This document shows positions 26,843 through 36,593 of a DNA stretch of 64,000 nt, piece by piece. The position numbers were made by a program, and so were the translations under genes. How positions within the stretch are numbered: the first letter of the stretch is position 1; every line of letters starts with the position of its first letter. Below the pieces are notes generated by a model. The model was not told where the DNA came from. It ran no database searches and saw only the letters and a list, made by a program, of their open reading frames with translations. This stretch comes from a virus, in IMG/VR virus record IMGVR_UViG_3300017605_001118, positions 3,332-67,331 of that record. The stretch is one strand, 5' to 3'.

Positions 26843-29005
26843 GTGGCGCTTCTGGGCAGCCTCCAGGACAACTTCGATGACAACACCGTCAACACGGCAA
26901 TCTGGGCGGGCAATTTCGGAACCGTGTCCGAGACCGGCGGCCGTGCCCGGGTCCAGGTGTCCACGGGCACCAGCGGATTCAACACGGCCGCTCTGCACAC
27001 CCTGGCCAACACCCATGCCCGGGTCCAGGTCTTCCCCCCGGCCCCCGGTGGCGGGGCCGTAGAGGCGTACGGACGCCTCCTGATCACGACCACCACGATG
27101 GGGACCGACGCGCTGATCCAGGTCAACGCCGTGGCGAACACAGTCAGGATGATGTCCCGGGTCGGCTTTGCTGACGCGGGCGACCTGTCGATCCCCTACG
27201 ACCCGTTCCACCATGCGTGGCTGGGGATCCGGGAGACCGCGGGAACCCTGTACTGGGAGACGTCCTCGGACGGGGTTACCTGGACCGTCCGGCGCAGCGT
27301 CGTCTCCCCGACCTGGGTCAACGACCTGACACTCCGGGCACAGTTGGTAGGTCACCGGGACAGCGGCGTCACGGATTTTGTGGAGTACGACAACTTCAAC
27401 GTCCTCGGCTGTCCCGGTGGGGCCCAGTACACGGCCGCGGTCGACTGGTCCGGGGACGGAGTCTTCACCGGAACCGGGGAGGACATCACCGCGGACGTCC
27501 TGGACGGGGGACGGTGGACCTTCGGATACGGGCGTGACCAGACCCGGCAGTTGTCCCCCGGGTCGATCGGAAGGGCCGCCTTCACCCTGTGCAACGCGGA
27601 CCGCGTCTACTCCCCGGAGAACACGGCCTCGCCCCTGAACGACTTCCTCCAGCCGGGCCGCAGGGTCCAGATGGACGCGGATTTCCAGGGGACGGACTAT
27701 CCCCTGTTCCGGGGGCGCCTGGACGACTTTACCGTGGTCCCGGACCGGTCGAACCGGACCGCGGACTTCACCGTCCTGGACGACCTGTACACGCTTCAGA
27801 ACCGGAACCTGTCCACGGCGGTGTTCGCGGGTCAGAGGACCGGGACCCTGATCAACCAGATCCTGGACGAGGTCGATTGGCCGATCGGTCAAAGGGACCT
27901 GGACGTCGGCGGCACGTTCGTCCCGTGGTGGTGGATCGAAGGGCAGGACGCCCTCTCCGCCATTCAGGACCTGGTCGCATCCGAGGGCCCGCCGGCCATC
28001 GCGTACATCGCCCCCAACGGCGTCTTCACCTTCAAAGACCGGCATCACCGGCTGATCGACCCGGCCTCGGTGACGTCTCAGGCGGCGTTCGCGGCGAGGC
28101 GTGTCGCCTGTGATACAGCGGCCGTCACCGGATTTTCGTACACCGACCCGTTCGTCTACGAGCACGGCTGGCGCGACGTGGTCAACACGTTCGATGTCAC
28201 GATCCCGGTATATACGCCGGACCCGGGGCCCTCCGTCGTTGTGTCCCTGACGGACCCGTTTACGATCGCGGGCGGAGACACGGTGATGATCCAGCTCGTA
28301 TCCAGCGGGGCGTTCATCAATGCCATCACGCCGACCACCGGACCTCCGGGCTCGGGCGCGGACATCATCTTCACCGGGGCAGGTGCACTGAACAGGGGCC
28401 TGAGCCGGACGTCCGGGCAGAGCACGATTCTGACCCTGACCGCCGTGGGCCCCAAGACGATCCTGTCGGTCCAGCTACGGGCCACGGCGGTACCTCAGTC
28501 CGGATCGGCCCGTGCCACGGAGCAGGACCCGGGGGCGGTCTTCGACGGCATCGTGAAGTCGTACCCGGTGCAGATCACCTGGTCCACGTTCAACGACCTG
28601 GAAGCCGTCGGTGATGTCGTCATCGGCAGGTACAGCACCCGGAAACCGATCGTGAAAATGCGTGTCGTGGTCTGCGACGATGCGCATCTGACCCAGATCC
28701 TGTCCCGGACGATTTCGGACCGGGTGACGATCCGCAACGGTGAACTCGGCCTGGACGGAGACTTCTTCGTTGAACGGGTCGACCACACGATTTCCAGGAT
28801 CGGGACGGAGACCCTTCCGCAGCATGCGCTGGTGGCCGGCTGCGAGAAGTCCTTCGACGAGTTCGTCGTCAACCCGTTCACCTTCGACAAGGCGGGAGCC
28901 GGGTTCAACGACGGGTACTTCGGCGCGGTCGGCCTGGACAACCCGGCCATGGTGTGGATCTGGGACACGCAGTCGCAGTTCAGCGTCAACGAGTTCGGAA
29001 CGTGA
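26843..29005 (+). CDS. minor tail protein (baseplate/hub with N-terminal lectin-like region)
   Basis: Follows TMP; VDW.GDG.F, GR...L.N.DR.YSP.N, LF.G..DD. Confidence 0.8.
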   Translation: MALLGSLQDNFDDNTVNTAIWAGNFGTVSETGGRARVQVSTGTSGFNTAALHTLANTHARVQVFPPAPGGGAVEAYGRLLITTTTMGTDALIQVNAVANTVRMMSRVGFADAGDLSIPYDPFHHAWLGIRETAGTLYWETSSDGVTWTVRRSVVSPTWVNDLTLRAQLVGHRDSGVTDFVEYDNFNVLGCPGGAQYTAAVDWSGDGVFTGTGEDITADVLDGGRWTFGYGRDQTRQLSPGSIGRAAFTLCNADRVYSPENTASPLNDFLQPGRRVQMDADFQGTDYPLFRGRLDDFTVVPDRSNRTADFTVLDDLYTLQNRNLSTAVFAGQRTGTLINQILDEVDWPIGQRDLDVGGTFVPWWWIEGQDALSAIQDLVASEGPPAIAYIAPNGVFTFKDRHHRLIDPASVTSQAAFAARRVACDTAAVTGFSYTDPFVYEHGWRDVVNTFDVTIPVYTPDPGPSVVVSLTDPFTIAGGDTVMIQLVSSGAFINAITPTTGPPGSGADIIFTGAGALNRGLSRTSGQSTILTLTAVGPKTILSVQLRATAVPQSGSARATEQDPGAVFDGIVKSYPVQITWSTFNDLEAVGDVVIGRYSTRKPIVKMRVVVCDDAHLTQILSRTISDRVTIRNGELGLDGDFFVERVDHTISRIGTETLPQHALVAGCEKSFDEFVVNPFTFDKAGAGFNDGYFGAVGLDNPAMVWIWDTQSQFSVNEFGT

Positions 29006-29014
29006 GGAGAAGGA

Positions 29015-29335
29015 ATGGTGGATCAAGCTCTGGCGTACGTGTACCGGGGTACCTGGGTGGCGGAGTGCCCCACCGACTGCGGAAATGTGCAGAAGATCTT
29101 CAGAGAAGACTCCTCTCTGTACCGGTGCGTGCACTGCGAACAGCTTGCCTCGGTCAAGTGGCCGGACAGCGGGTTCATGGAGATGATGACCGCCGTTCTG
29201 GACCGGCGCCCGAACCCGGACAACCGCAACTGGTACCCGGAAGATCATCCGGTCGCGGTCCGGTTCGGCCTCCCCCACGGACAGGGCGTCCAGGATCTGC
29301 TGGACGAGAACGCCGAACACGGGATTCCGGGCTAG
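29015..29335 (+). CDS. Cys-containing tail-region protein
   Basis: AGGAG RBS; WVAECP..C, CxxC, RP....RNW.P. Confidence 0.7.
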   Translation: MVDQALAYVYRGTWVAECPTDCGNVQKIFREDSSLYRCVHCEQLASVKWPDSGFMEMMTAVLDRRPNPDNRNWYPEDHPVAVRFGLPHGQGVQDLLDENAEHGIPG

Positions 29336-29847
29336 TGGCGACTATCACGCTCACGCTGGCGTCGCGCTTTTTGCGCAACCCGCATGCGTTCCCGGGACTC
29401 GGGGGTGTGGGTGCGCTTGAGTCCGTGCTCCCGCGCGTGCTTGGACTGAGTCGTCTTCTCCAGGTTCTCCAGCCGGTCGTCCGTTCGGTCCTCGTTGATG
29501 TGGTGAATCACGTCGCCCGGAAGTACGGGGTCCTCCGGATGCGCCGTGTTCCAGACGTACTGGTAGCGCTGGATGTACCCGTCTTTGCGCATCGTGGGGT
29601 GCAGGTGCCGTTCTGCGTTGGGGATCCGAACGAACACGCGGCCTTCGTTGCTGACCCACGAACCGCCTTTCCACGAGGGGTGGGCGTCACCTTGGACGCC
29701 CTTGGAGATCTTCGCACGGACTTCTTGGGTCATTCGACCAGGGGCTTTGTTGGCGCATCCCCGGGAGCAGTAAGTGGGGGGCTGCCAACTCGAATGAACT
29801 CGGGTGAACTCAGTTCCGCAAATGGGGCATTCCTTGGTCGTTTTCAT
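29332..29847 (-). CDS. HNH homing endonuclease (NUMOD3-like repeats)
   Basis: HP.WKGG, VIHHINEDRTDDRLENL, HTPESRERM; antisense insertion in tail operon. Confidence 0.88.
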   Translation of the reverse strand: MKTTKECPICGTEFTRVHSSWQPPTYCSRGCANKAPGRMTQEVRAKISKGVQGDAHPSWKGGSWVSNEGRVFVRIPNAERHLHPTMRKDGYIQRYQYVWNTAHPEDPVLPGDVIHHINEDRTDDRLENLEKTTQSKHAREHGLKRTHTPESRERMRVAQKARRQRERDSRH

Positions 29848-29887
29848 AAGGCCAGTCTAGCACACAGTGGGAAAGGGAGTGGTCCAT

Positions 29888-30427
29888 TTGTCGTGGACAA
29901 GTCCAATGACGGCGGTAGCTAACACCATTTTTACCGCAGCACAGTTCAATACTCACGTACGGGACAACCTGAACGAAACAGCCCCGGCCAAGGCCACGAC
30001 GTCCGGCGCTCTCTTCGTCGCCACGGGCACCAACGCCATTGCAGAGCGGTACCCGAACCTTCAGTTCACCGGGGCCGCGGAGACCACGACGTCCACGTCG
30101 TTCGTAGACTTGGCCACGGTCGGGCCCGCTGTCACCTCGGTGACCGGAACCCGGGCCATCGTTTTTATCCGGTCGGGTATGGAGAACAGCGCGAACAACT
30201 CCGCCAGTCACATGAGCTTCGAGGTCAGCGGGGCCACGTCGACGGCAGCCACCCTGAACCGGGCCATCTCGATTGCGGGAATCACGGCGGCTTCCCGGGC
30301 CCGTCTCGGAGCAGCGATCTTCGTGGACAACCTGGTAGCCGGCTCCAACACGTTCACTGCCAAATATTCCGTGTCCGCGAACACCGGAACCTTCGTCGCC
30401 CGGGAACTGTCGGTGATCCCGCTGTGA
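29888..30427 (+). CDS. minor tail protein
   Basis: SWTSPMTAVA....TAAQFN..VRDNL N-terminus typical of actinophage fibre proteins. Confidence 0.75.
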   Translation: MSWTSPMTAVANTIFTAAQFNTHVRDNLNETAPAKATTSGALFVATGTNAIAERYPNLQFTGAAETTTSTSFVDLATVGPAVTSVTGTRAIVFIRSGMENSANNSASHMSFEVSGATSTAATLNRAISIAGITAASRARLGAAIFVDNLVAGSNTFTAKYSVSANTGTFVARELSVIPL

Positions 30428-31236
30428 GCCTTTACCCCGCAGCCGTGAAAATGCTGCTCCCCGAAAATGAAGCGCAGCCGAAGATCACCCCAACGCAGGT
30501 GATCTTCCATTCCCTCGCGGCCCCGTGGACGATCCGCCGGACATACGAACACTGGCAGTCGGTGAATCTGGAATCTCATTTCGGTGTCGACTATTCAGGG
30601 GCCGTGGGGCAGTACGTCGACACCGAGACCCGGGCCGACGCCAACTATGGCGCCAACCGACGTTCCGACGGAACCGGGGCGATTTCTGTCGAAACGGCTT
30701 CGGACACCAAGCATTCCGACCCCTGGACTTCGGAACAGATTCAGTCGCTGATCACACTGGGCGCGTGGGCCCACGGGGAACACGGAGTCCCGCTGCGGAT
30801 CTGCCGAACCCAGGACGATCCCGGGTTCGGGGTGCACCGGATGTTCCCGCAGTGGTCCACCAGCGACACCGCTTGCCCCGGAGACGCCCGGTTCCACCAG
30901 TTCATGGACGAGGTCTTCCCGGGCATCGTCCGCGCAGTAAACGGAGAGGACAACATGCCGACACCCCAAGAGGTCGCCACCGCAGTGTGGGAACACGGAC
31001 TGGCCGACAAATACCGGGTGAACCCGGACGGGACACCGCAGATCGTCCCCGCGAGGGCGCTTCAGGTGGCCGAGGACGGCCACTACGACAAGGTGATGGC
31101 CGAACTGGCGGTTCTGAAAGCTCAGGTGAGAATCCTCACCGAGAGGAAGGGCCCGGACGCAGCAGCTCTGGTCGCTGCCGGCGAGGCGGGTGCACGGGCG
31201 GTCCTCGCCGCTCTGGTGGCGGAGGTGAAGGCGTGA
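30424..31236 (+). CDS. endolysin, N-acetylmuramoyl-L-alanine amidase
   Basis: IFHS, SHF, AN, ISVE, GVHR, TACPG Amidase_2 motifs. Confidence 0.88.
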   Translation: MSLYPAAVKMLLPENEAQPKITPTQVIFHSLAAPWTIRRTYEHWQSVNLESHFGVDYSGAVGQYVDTETRADANYGANRRSDGTGAISVETASDTKHSDPWTSEQIQSLITLGAWAHGEHGVPLRICRTQDDPGFGVHRMFPQWSTSDTACPGDARFHQFMDEVFPGIVRAVNGEDNMPTPQEVATAVWEHGLADKYRVNPDGTPQIVPARALQVAEDGHYDKVMAELAVLKAQVRILTERKGPDAAALVAAGEAGARAVLAALVAEVKA

Positions 31237-31448
31237 TGGACCGCGTCTTCGTACTGTCGGCAGGTTTCACTGCCATGTGCGCGGCCCTCGTCCTCCTGTG
31301 GCGGATCATGACCGCCGTGGTCTGCGTGGCGCATCACCTGGACAGAGCGTGGGACGACTGGTCAGGTACCGGCGGCAGACCCGGCGTCATTCCCCGGCTG
31401 ACTCAGGCAGAGGGGCGCATCACCGCCCTGGAACAACCACCCGCGTAG
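31236..31448 (+). CDS. small membrane protein (lysis cassette)
   Basis: TGATG coupling; N-terminal TM; DW.G...RPGV..RL. Confidence 0.65.
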   Translation: MDRVFVLSAGFTAMCAALVLLWRIMTAVVCVAHHLDRAWDDWSGTGGRPGVIPRLTQAEGRITALEQPPA

Positions 31449-31458
31449 AGGAGTAGGC

Positions 31459-31635
31459 ATGTCGCTGGACGGAAGGCTCCGCGAGATCGCGGAAGCGGCC
31501 GTGGTCCGGGTTACCGGGCTGGTGTATGTACACCGCCGGGAGAACGAGGCGGCACTCAAGGCTCTGTCGGAACGGGTGGCCCGGCTGGAAGCGGCACCGG
31601 GTCCGGTGAACAGAGGGCGGAAGGAGACGACCTGA
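31459..31635 (+). CDS. small coiled-coil protein (not in ORF track)
   Basis: GAGGAG RBS; MSLDGRLREIA...LSERVARLEAA. Confidence 0.55.
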   Translation: MSLDGRLREIAEAAVVRVTGLVYVHRRENEAALKALSERVARLEAAPGPVNRGRKETT

Positions 31636-31702
31636 TTTCGTCACAGGTGCTTGACCGGACAACGTCTAGGAGAAGGGGTCCGCTGACGCGGGTGATTTGT
31701 CC

Positions 31703-32777
31703 ATGAAAATTGTGACGTATGCTGCCGACTCGTACGGGTGTGGACACTTTTAGGATGATTTGGCCTGCACAGATTCTTCGGGACCAAGGCCACGACGTGG
31801 TCATCACGGAGCCGAAGGACCGCAGCGTGGAGATCGTCCTGGAAGGAGACACCGTCCGGGACGTCAAGGTCGATGCCGACGTGGTCGTCTTCCAGCGGGT
31901 GACCCACCAGTGGATCGCGGACGCCATCCCCGCCCTGCGGAAAAGAGGTGTGGCCGTCGTCGTGGACATTGACGACGACCTGACTGCGGTGCACCCCAGC
32001 AACCCGGCATGGGAATCCATGCACCCGAAGAACCTCGGGCGGCCCATGGCGGGCGGAGGGATCAACAGGCACGCCTGGTCCCACCTGAACCGGGCTTGCC
32101 GGGAGGCCACCCTGGTCACGGTTTCCACGCCAGCCCTACTGGACGTCTACGCGCGGCACGGGAGAGGACACGTCCTCCCCAACTACCTTCCCGACGCGTA
32201 CTACGGCGTCCCGCACGAGGACTCGGACCTCCTGGGCTGGCCGGCGTCTCTGCACTCCCACCCGGACGACCCCTCTGTCATGGGCGGTGCCGTCGCACGG
32301 CTGGTCTCCGACGGATACGCCTTCCGCACGGTCGGAGACCCCAAGGGTGCGGGACCTGCGTTCGGTCTTTCTGAAGATCCGCCGGGGGCGCCTGTGGACA
32401 TGGACTTGTGGCCGGCTGCGGTTGCCCAGATCGGTGTCGGCATCGCACCCCTGGCAGACACCCGGTTCAACAGGTCCAAGTCCCATCTGAAGATTCTGGA
32501 GATGTCCGCCCTGGGCATTCCGTGGGTGGCCTCACCGAGAGCCGAATACGCAGCTTTCTACAAACGAGGCGCCGGAGCCCTCGCGGATACCCCGCGCCGC
32601 TGGCACAAGGAACTCAGCCGACTGCTCTCGTCCCCGGCCCTACGGACTGAACGCGCCGAAGCCGGAAGAGCCCTCGCGGAGAAGATGCGGATCCGGGACC
32701 AGGCGTGGCGTTGGATGGAGGCATGGAACAGGGCTGCTCTCCTCCAGAAGGAGAGCAGCCCCATGGCTGTGCGGTGA
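31703..32777 (+). CDS. glycosyltransferase (GT-B/GT4-like), reading frame broken by +1 shift at 31748-31753
   Basis: MKIVTYAADSYGCGHF-stop in one frame, RMIWPA... VVFQR, DIDDDL, VTVST, PN, GIAPL....FN.SKS.LK.LE in the next. Confidence 0.8.
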
Positions 32778-32781
32778 GAGG

Positions 32782-33300
32782 TTACAGCAGACCCAACGCC
32801 CTCGCCATGACCAGGTTGTGCCTGGCATCCGCGAGGGCGTTGTGCTGCCCGGACGCCTGCTCAGGGAGCTTCGGGTTACCGAGCCGGACCGCTTCCTGCT
32901 TCAGGTCCCGGGTGAACATCGGGACATCGTCCGGAAGGTCGATCATCCGACCCCAGAGCTGACACAGGGCTACGTGGTCGTACGCCGCGTAGTACGCCCA
33001 CAACTCCGAGCCAGGGGTCGCCCGGAGGAAGTCCAGGACGAGGGCGGAGATTTCGATGCGAGGCATGACCGAGCCGAAGTCCGGGTGGTGCAGATCCCAC
33101 GGACCGCCTTCGTTGATGAACCTCAGAGGCAGCGACGGGGCGACGTTGGCCATCAGCCAGGGGTTGCGTTGGAGAGCACTGAGTGAGAACTCAGAGCTGA
33201 TGCAGTACAGCTCCCGCCCGTCTTCCGCCACCATCCCGATGCTGATCAGGTCGATGGTGGAGCCGTCCTCAATAAACTCGGTGTCGTACAGGATTTTCAC
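32782..33300 (-). CDS. DEDDh 3'-5' exo(ribo)nuclease, Rv2179c/RNase AS-like
   Basis: YDTEF, LISIGMV, AYDHV, HNALADA. Confidence 0.85.
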   Translation of the reverse strand: MKILYDTEFIEDGSTIDLISIGMVAEDGRELYCISSEFSLSALQRNPWLMANVAPSLPLRFINEGGPWDLHHPDFGSVMPRIEISALVLDFLRATPGSELWAYYAAYDHVALCQLWGRMIDLPDDVPMFTRDLKQEAVRLGNPKLPEQASGQHNALADARHNLVMARALGLL

Positions 33301-33303
33301 TGG

Positions 33304-33537
33304 TCAGTTCTCCTCGTGGCAGGCGGGGCAGAAGTCCCCTTCGGCGTCGCACGTCCAGCCTTCGGTGCGGAGGTGGGCCCGCGCGACTTCCAGGCGTTCC
33401 ATTTTGGTCTGCTCGGTACTCACCATGTAGTCGTGATCACGAGTTGTACCGCAGTCGTCGCAGAAGACGCCGATGCGGGACGGATACAACGGGCTGTCCG
33501 GATCCCGGAGGATTGCGGAGACGAGATCAGGGTCCAT
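33304..33537 (-). CDS. small Cys-rich hypothetical protein
   Basis: FCDDC...GW....D.CPAC. Confidence 0.6.
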   Translation of the reverse strand: MDPDLVSAILRDPDSPLYPSRIGVFCDDCGTTRDHDYMVSTEQTKMERLEVARAHLRTEGWTCDAEGDFCPACHEEN

Positions 33538-33660
33538 GTCAGTTCTCCTCGGTCGTTTCTTCGGGAACCCGGTGTTGGCAGTCGCACCGGGTTCCATCCT
33601 GGTTGCAGTGCTCTTCCCGGGGCGCCTTGCGGTCGGCCGCGTCCATACAGACCCGACAGA

Positions 33661-33837
33661 TCAACGGGTCCTCCCCAGAGACCAGAGCAGCGCGGCCATG
33701 AACACGGTGACCGTAGCCATGACTCCCAGTGCGTACAGCGTCGGGCGGGGCCAGCACACGAGGCCGATGACGGCCAGGGAACCGGCTGACGCCCCGGCCC
33801 ACCCTGCCCAGGTAGCAGTCCAATCGGGCATGGTCAT
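33661..33837 (-). CDS. small membrane protein
   Basis: ATGA-coupled; two hydrophobic segments. Confidence 0.5.
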   Translation of the reverse strand: MTMPDWTATWAGWAGASAGSLAVIGLVCWPRPTLYALGVMATVTVFMAALLWSLGRTR

Positions 33838-34259
33838 TCCTCCGGTTCGTGGGTGTTGAGCAGGTGCTCCTGCCAGGACGTCTCGACCACACCGCGCCAC
33901 CGGGCCGGGATGCTCTCCCAGCCACAGGCGCAGTTCCCCCGGAGGACGGTTTCGACCCGCGTCCACGTGAAGCGGTGCACCTTCACCAACCACGCGTGGT
34001 CCGGGCAGACGTACCCGGAGAGGATCGTAGGCCGCACGTGGAACCAGCCCTTGCCATTGGCAGAGTTCCCGCTCTGACCGGCCACGTCGAACGTCTGTTG
34101 GCACCCGGGATAGACGCAGTGCCGCCAGACAGGGACGCGGTTGAACGCCTCCGCGTCCGAGAGAACCTCGCTGAGGGCGTCCAGGTCCAGTTTGCCGAGA
34201 TCCTTGGGAAACTCGTCCAGCCAAGAGCGGACCCTTTCCGCTGAGCCGGCCACGGTCAT
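33834..34259 (-). CDS. hypothetical Cys/His-rich protein
   Basis: GGAGG RBS; C..PGC, CPDH, CACGW. Confidence 0.65.
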   Translation of the reverse strand: MTVAGSAERVRSWLDEFPKDLGKLDLDALSEVLSDAEAFNRVPVWRHCVYPGCQQTFDVAGQSGNSANGKGWFHVRPTILSGYVCPDHAWLVKVHRFTWTRVETVLRGNCACGWESIPARWRGVVETSWQEHLLNTHEPEE

Positions 34260-34279
34260 TCCTCCGGTTCGATAGAGGG

Positions 34280-34312
34280 TGCCCCGGGGCCTCTTTCACT
34301 GCGGCCCCGGGG
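34280..34312. terminator. hairpin
   Basis: GCCCCGGGGCC...GGCCCCGGGGC downstream of 34326 gene. Confidence 0.55.
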
Positions 34313-34325
34313 CTGACAGGTTCGA

Positions 34326-34604
34326 TCAGACCCAACTGCGTTCGAATGCCTCACGCTCCGCGTCACGGGCGTGAAGGGCGCGGAACAGGTCGCGGAGGCC
34401 GATGTATCCAGCCCACTGCGCTTCGTTCCGGGGAATTCCGCCAACTGAGTCGATGCCGTCGTTGCCCGCTTCGAGGTCGTCGGCGAACGCCCGGAGATTG
34501 GTGACGAGGACCGCGGGGTCGATGGGCTCAGTGCGGGGCTTGCGGGCAAGACCGGCGGCGAGCAGGAGCACGGCGCCTGCGGCTACGACGGGAGACTTGG
34601 ACAT
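34326..34604 (-). CDS. hypothetical protein
   Basis: AAGGGA RBS, MSKSPVVAAG start. Confidence 0.55.
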   Translation of the reverse strand: MSKSPVVAAGAVLLLAAGLARKPRTEPIDPAVLVTNLRAFADDLEAGNDGIDSVGGIPRNEAQWAGYIGLRDLFRALHARDAEREAFERSWV

Positions 34605-34630
34605 GATTTTCCCTTTCGGTTGGAGATGGA

Positions 34631-34756
34631 TCACTTGAGTGCTTCGGCCTGGAGACGAGCAGCTTCGGCAGCCTCGGCCGCGGCCTGCGCGGCGGCAAGG
34701 TGCTGCTGAGTGTCTGCTTCCAGGGCGGCGTGGGCCAGGTCTTCGATTACGGTCAT
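34631..34756 (-). CDS. small Ala-rich protein (41 aa)
   Basis: ATGA-coupled; MTVIEDLAHAALEAD... Confidence 0.5.
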   Translation of the reverse strand: MTVIEDLAHAALEADTQQHLAAAQAAAEAAEAARLQAEALK

Positions 34757-34932
34757 CGTCTTCCTTCTTCCTCGGGCTGTTCGGTGGCGTGGGCGGCGTC
34801 CTCGTAGGCACCGCGGATCAGTTCCTGCGTATAGGCCAGATCAGAACCGGTTGGCGCGGGGTCCTGCTTGACCACTTCGGTCATCAGGTCATCGGCCAGT
34901 TTCTGGAGGGTCCAGTCGATGGGGTCGGTCAT
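34753..34932 (-). CDS. small hypothetical protein
   Basis: ATGA-coupled; MTDPIDWTLQKLADDL. Confidence 0.55.
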   Translation of the reverse strand: MTDPIDWTLQKLADDLMTEVVKQDPAPTGSDLAYTQELIRGAYEDAAHATEQPEEEGRR

Positions 34933-35222
34933 CGGAACTCCCCCTTCTCCCCGATGTATCGGATGTAGATCCGGTTCTCTCCGCACAGGACCGTGGAAGA
35001 CGTCTCGAACGAGCCGGCGGGGGCGAACGCCGCGCCCGGGTTGCCCATCGCGGAGCGCACGTGCCAGGCCCGGGTGCGGGCAGTACCGGGGGTTGTCTCC
35101 ACACCCATCAGAGCCCAGTCCCCGGGACGCTCCTTCAGGGCCGCCGCGAAGGCTTCCAGTTCCCCCGTGGTACGGGGAACGTCCGGGGTGGGCTCTTCGA
35201 AACGGACCTTGATCTTGATCAT
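34929..35222 (-). CDS. hypothetical protein
   Basis: GGAGGAG RBS; A.ALK.RPG.WA...IY.RY.G. Confidence 0.7.
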   Translation of the reverse strand: MIKIKVRFEEPTPDVPRTTGELEAFAAALKERPGDWALMGVETTPGTARTRAWHVRSAMGNPGAAFAPAGSFETSSTVLCGENRIYIRYIGEKGEFR

Positions 35223-35662
35223 GCTCCTCCTCCTTCTGACAGGACGCCGGCCAGAACAACCGGGACGTCGACAACGGGCTTGTCCCCCTTGGGGACGGGT
35301 TTCTTCGGAGACCTCTCTTCGGTGACGGGTTCAGGGTCATTCCGGACGGCACGCCACGAATGGCCGCACCCGACACACGCCTGAGAACCGTCTTCGATTT
35401 CGGCCACCGGGGTTCCTTGGCAGACGGGGCACTTGACCCGGGGCCTGACGCTCTTTATCCGGTCGCGCTGGCTGCGGGTGGTTCCGCCCCAGTACCCGGC
35501 AACCGGGTTCTTCAGGGCGAACTTGAGGCAGGCAACCCGCACCGGACAGATCCGGCACAGTTGCAGGGCCTTCGCGTCAGGGGACTCCCCGCCCGTGGGG
35601 ATCCACTCGATATCCGTTCTTCCTGCGCAGGCCGCGTCGTGGTGCCACTGCGGGGTTGTCAT
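35219..35662 (-). CDS. whiB: WhiB-family transcription factor with C-terminal Zn ribbon
   Basis: W...AAC, C..CPVR..C, G.WGG.T..QR. Confidence 0.9.
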   Translation of the reverse strand: MTTPQWHHDAACAGRTDIEWIPTGGESPDAKALQLCRICPVRVACLKFALKNPVAGYWGGTTRSQRDRIKSVRPRVKCPVCQGTPVAEIEDGSQACVGCGHSWRAVRNDPEPVTEERSPKKPVPKGDKPVVDVPVVLAGVLSEGGGA

Positions 35663-36048
35663 GCCTCCTCCGTTCCGTACGATCCGATGAAGTCGGCAAG
35701 TGCGATCAGCCGGTCCTCGTCCCGGTTCCAGGGGGAGTCGAAGTTCGGGGCGACCTTCGCCTCCCGGAGCACTTTTTCTGCGGCGGAGACTCGCTGTTCC
35801 CAGAGGAGTTGAGCCTCGGTGACGAATCGGGTCAGGGAGTTGTAAGTTCCACCTCCCTGGGTGTCAAGGCGGAGCCTCCACGTCTCCCGGAAAGAGCTGA
35901 CCTCGTTGATCTCCTCTACGGTGATCCAGACGCGGGCCACCTTGGTGACGACCACCCGGGCCGTCAGCGTGCTGCGGTATCGGTGTCCGGGGTGGATGAC
36001 GAACAGGGTGTCCCCGACAGATACCCTGCCGAGTTCGGGCTTGGGCAT
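35659..36048 (-). CDS. hypothetical protein
   Basis: AAGGA RBS; VGD.L, V.KV.R.W. Confidence 0.7.
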   Translation of the reverse strand: MPKPELGRVSVGDTLFVIHPGHRYRSTLTARVVVTKVARVWITVEEINEVSSFRETWRLRLDTQGGGTYNSLTRFVTEAQLLWEQRVSAAEKVLREAKVAPNFDSPWNRDEDRLIALADFIGSYGTEEA

Positions 36049-36060
36049 TTCGTTCCTTTC

Positions 36061-36122
36061 GTCTGAGTACCTCGCAGGATGCACGGAGGTGAGGCCGTGC
36101 ACCCGGGTGGTGATCAGGCGTT
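36061..36122 (-). repeat. 62-bp structured intergenic repeat, copy 1
   Basis: Near-identical to 43640-43701; stem G(G)GTGCACGG/CCGTGCA(T/C)CC. Confidence 0.8.
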
Positions 36123-36287
36123 GTGGATCGTGACGCGTCCCTGGGCGGGAACGCGGTAGCAGTCGTACGACGTGTAGACGCGGACTTCGGGACCGTCCTG
36201 CACGGCCGAGGACACGGAGTGCATTTCACCGTTGATGGTGACCACGTCCCCGGGCTGGAGCTGATTGGCGCGGATCTGGAGTGTCAT
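36114..36287 (-). CDS. small SH3/KOW-like protein
   Basis: A.QLQPGDVV.ING. Confidence 0.6.
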   Translation of the reverse strand: MTLQIRANQLQPGDVVTINGEMHSVSSAVQDGPEVRVYTSYDCYRVPAQGRVTIHNA

Positions 36288-36300
36288 GGGTTGGTTCCTT

Positions 36301-36579
36301 TCAGGCCGGGGTCTCGGTGCGGGCTGCGTACAGCGCTTCACGGTGCTGGTTCCGGGCTTCTTTTCGGGTGGACGAAAAGATCTGGGTAAAGTCGACGACG
36401 TAAGGGCCGTAAGTGCGGTACTCGAACTCATGACCCGGGAGGGTCTTCCCGGCGTGCTCCATGTCGGCGCTCTGGTCAACCACGACCGTGACGTAGCGAC
36501 GGAATCCTGTCTTGGCCGTGGACACGAGCAGGTCCACGGTGTCGAACTTCACGGGCGTTTGGTAGAGAACCCTGGGCAT
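36301..36579 (-). CDS. hypothetical protein
   Basis: AAGGA RBS in early operon. Confidence 0.65.
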   Translation of the reverse strand: MPRVLYQTPVKFDTVDLLVSTAKTGFRRYVTVVVDQSADMEHAGKTLPGHEFEYRTYGPYVVDFTQIFSSTRKEARNQHREALYAARTETPA

Positions 36580-36593
36580 GTCGTCGGTTCCTT

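Noticed and set aside
26843-30427. Diversity-generating retroelement or tail-fibre invertase
   Set aside because: No reverse transcriptase, TR/VR pair or invertase seen.
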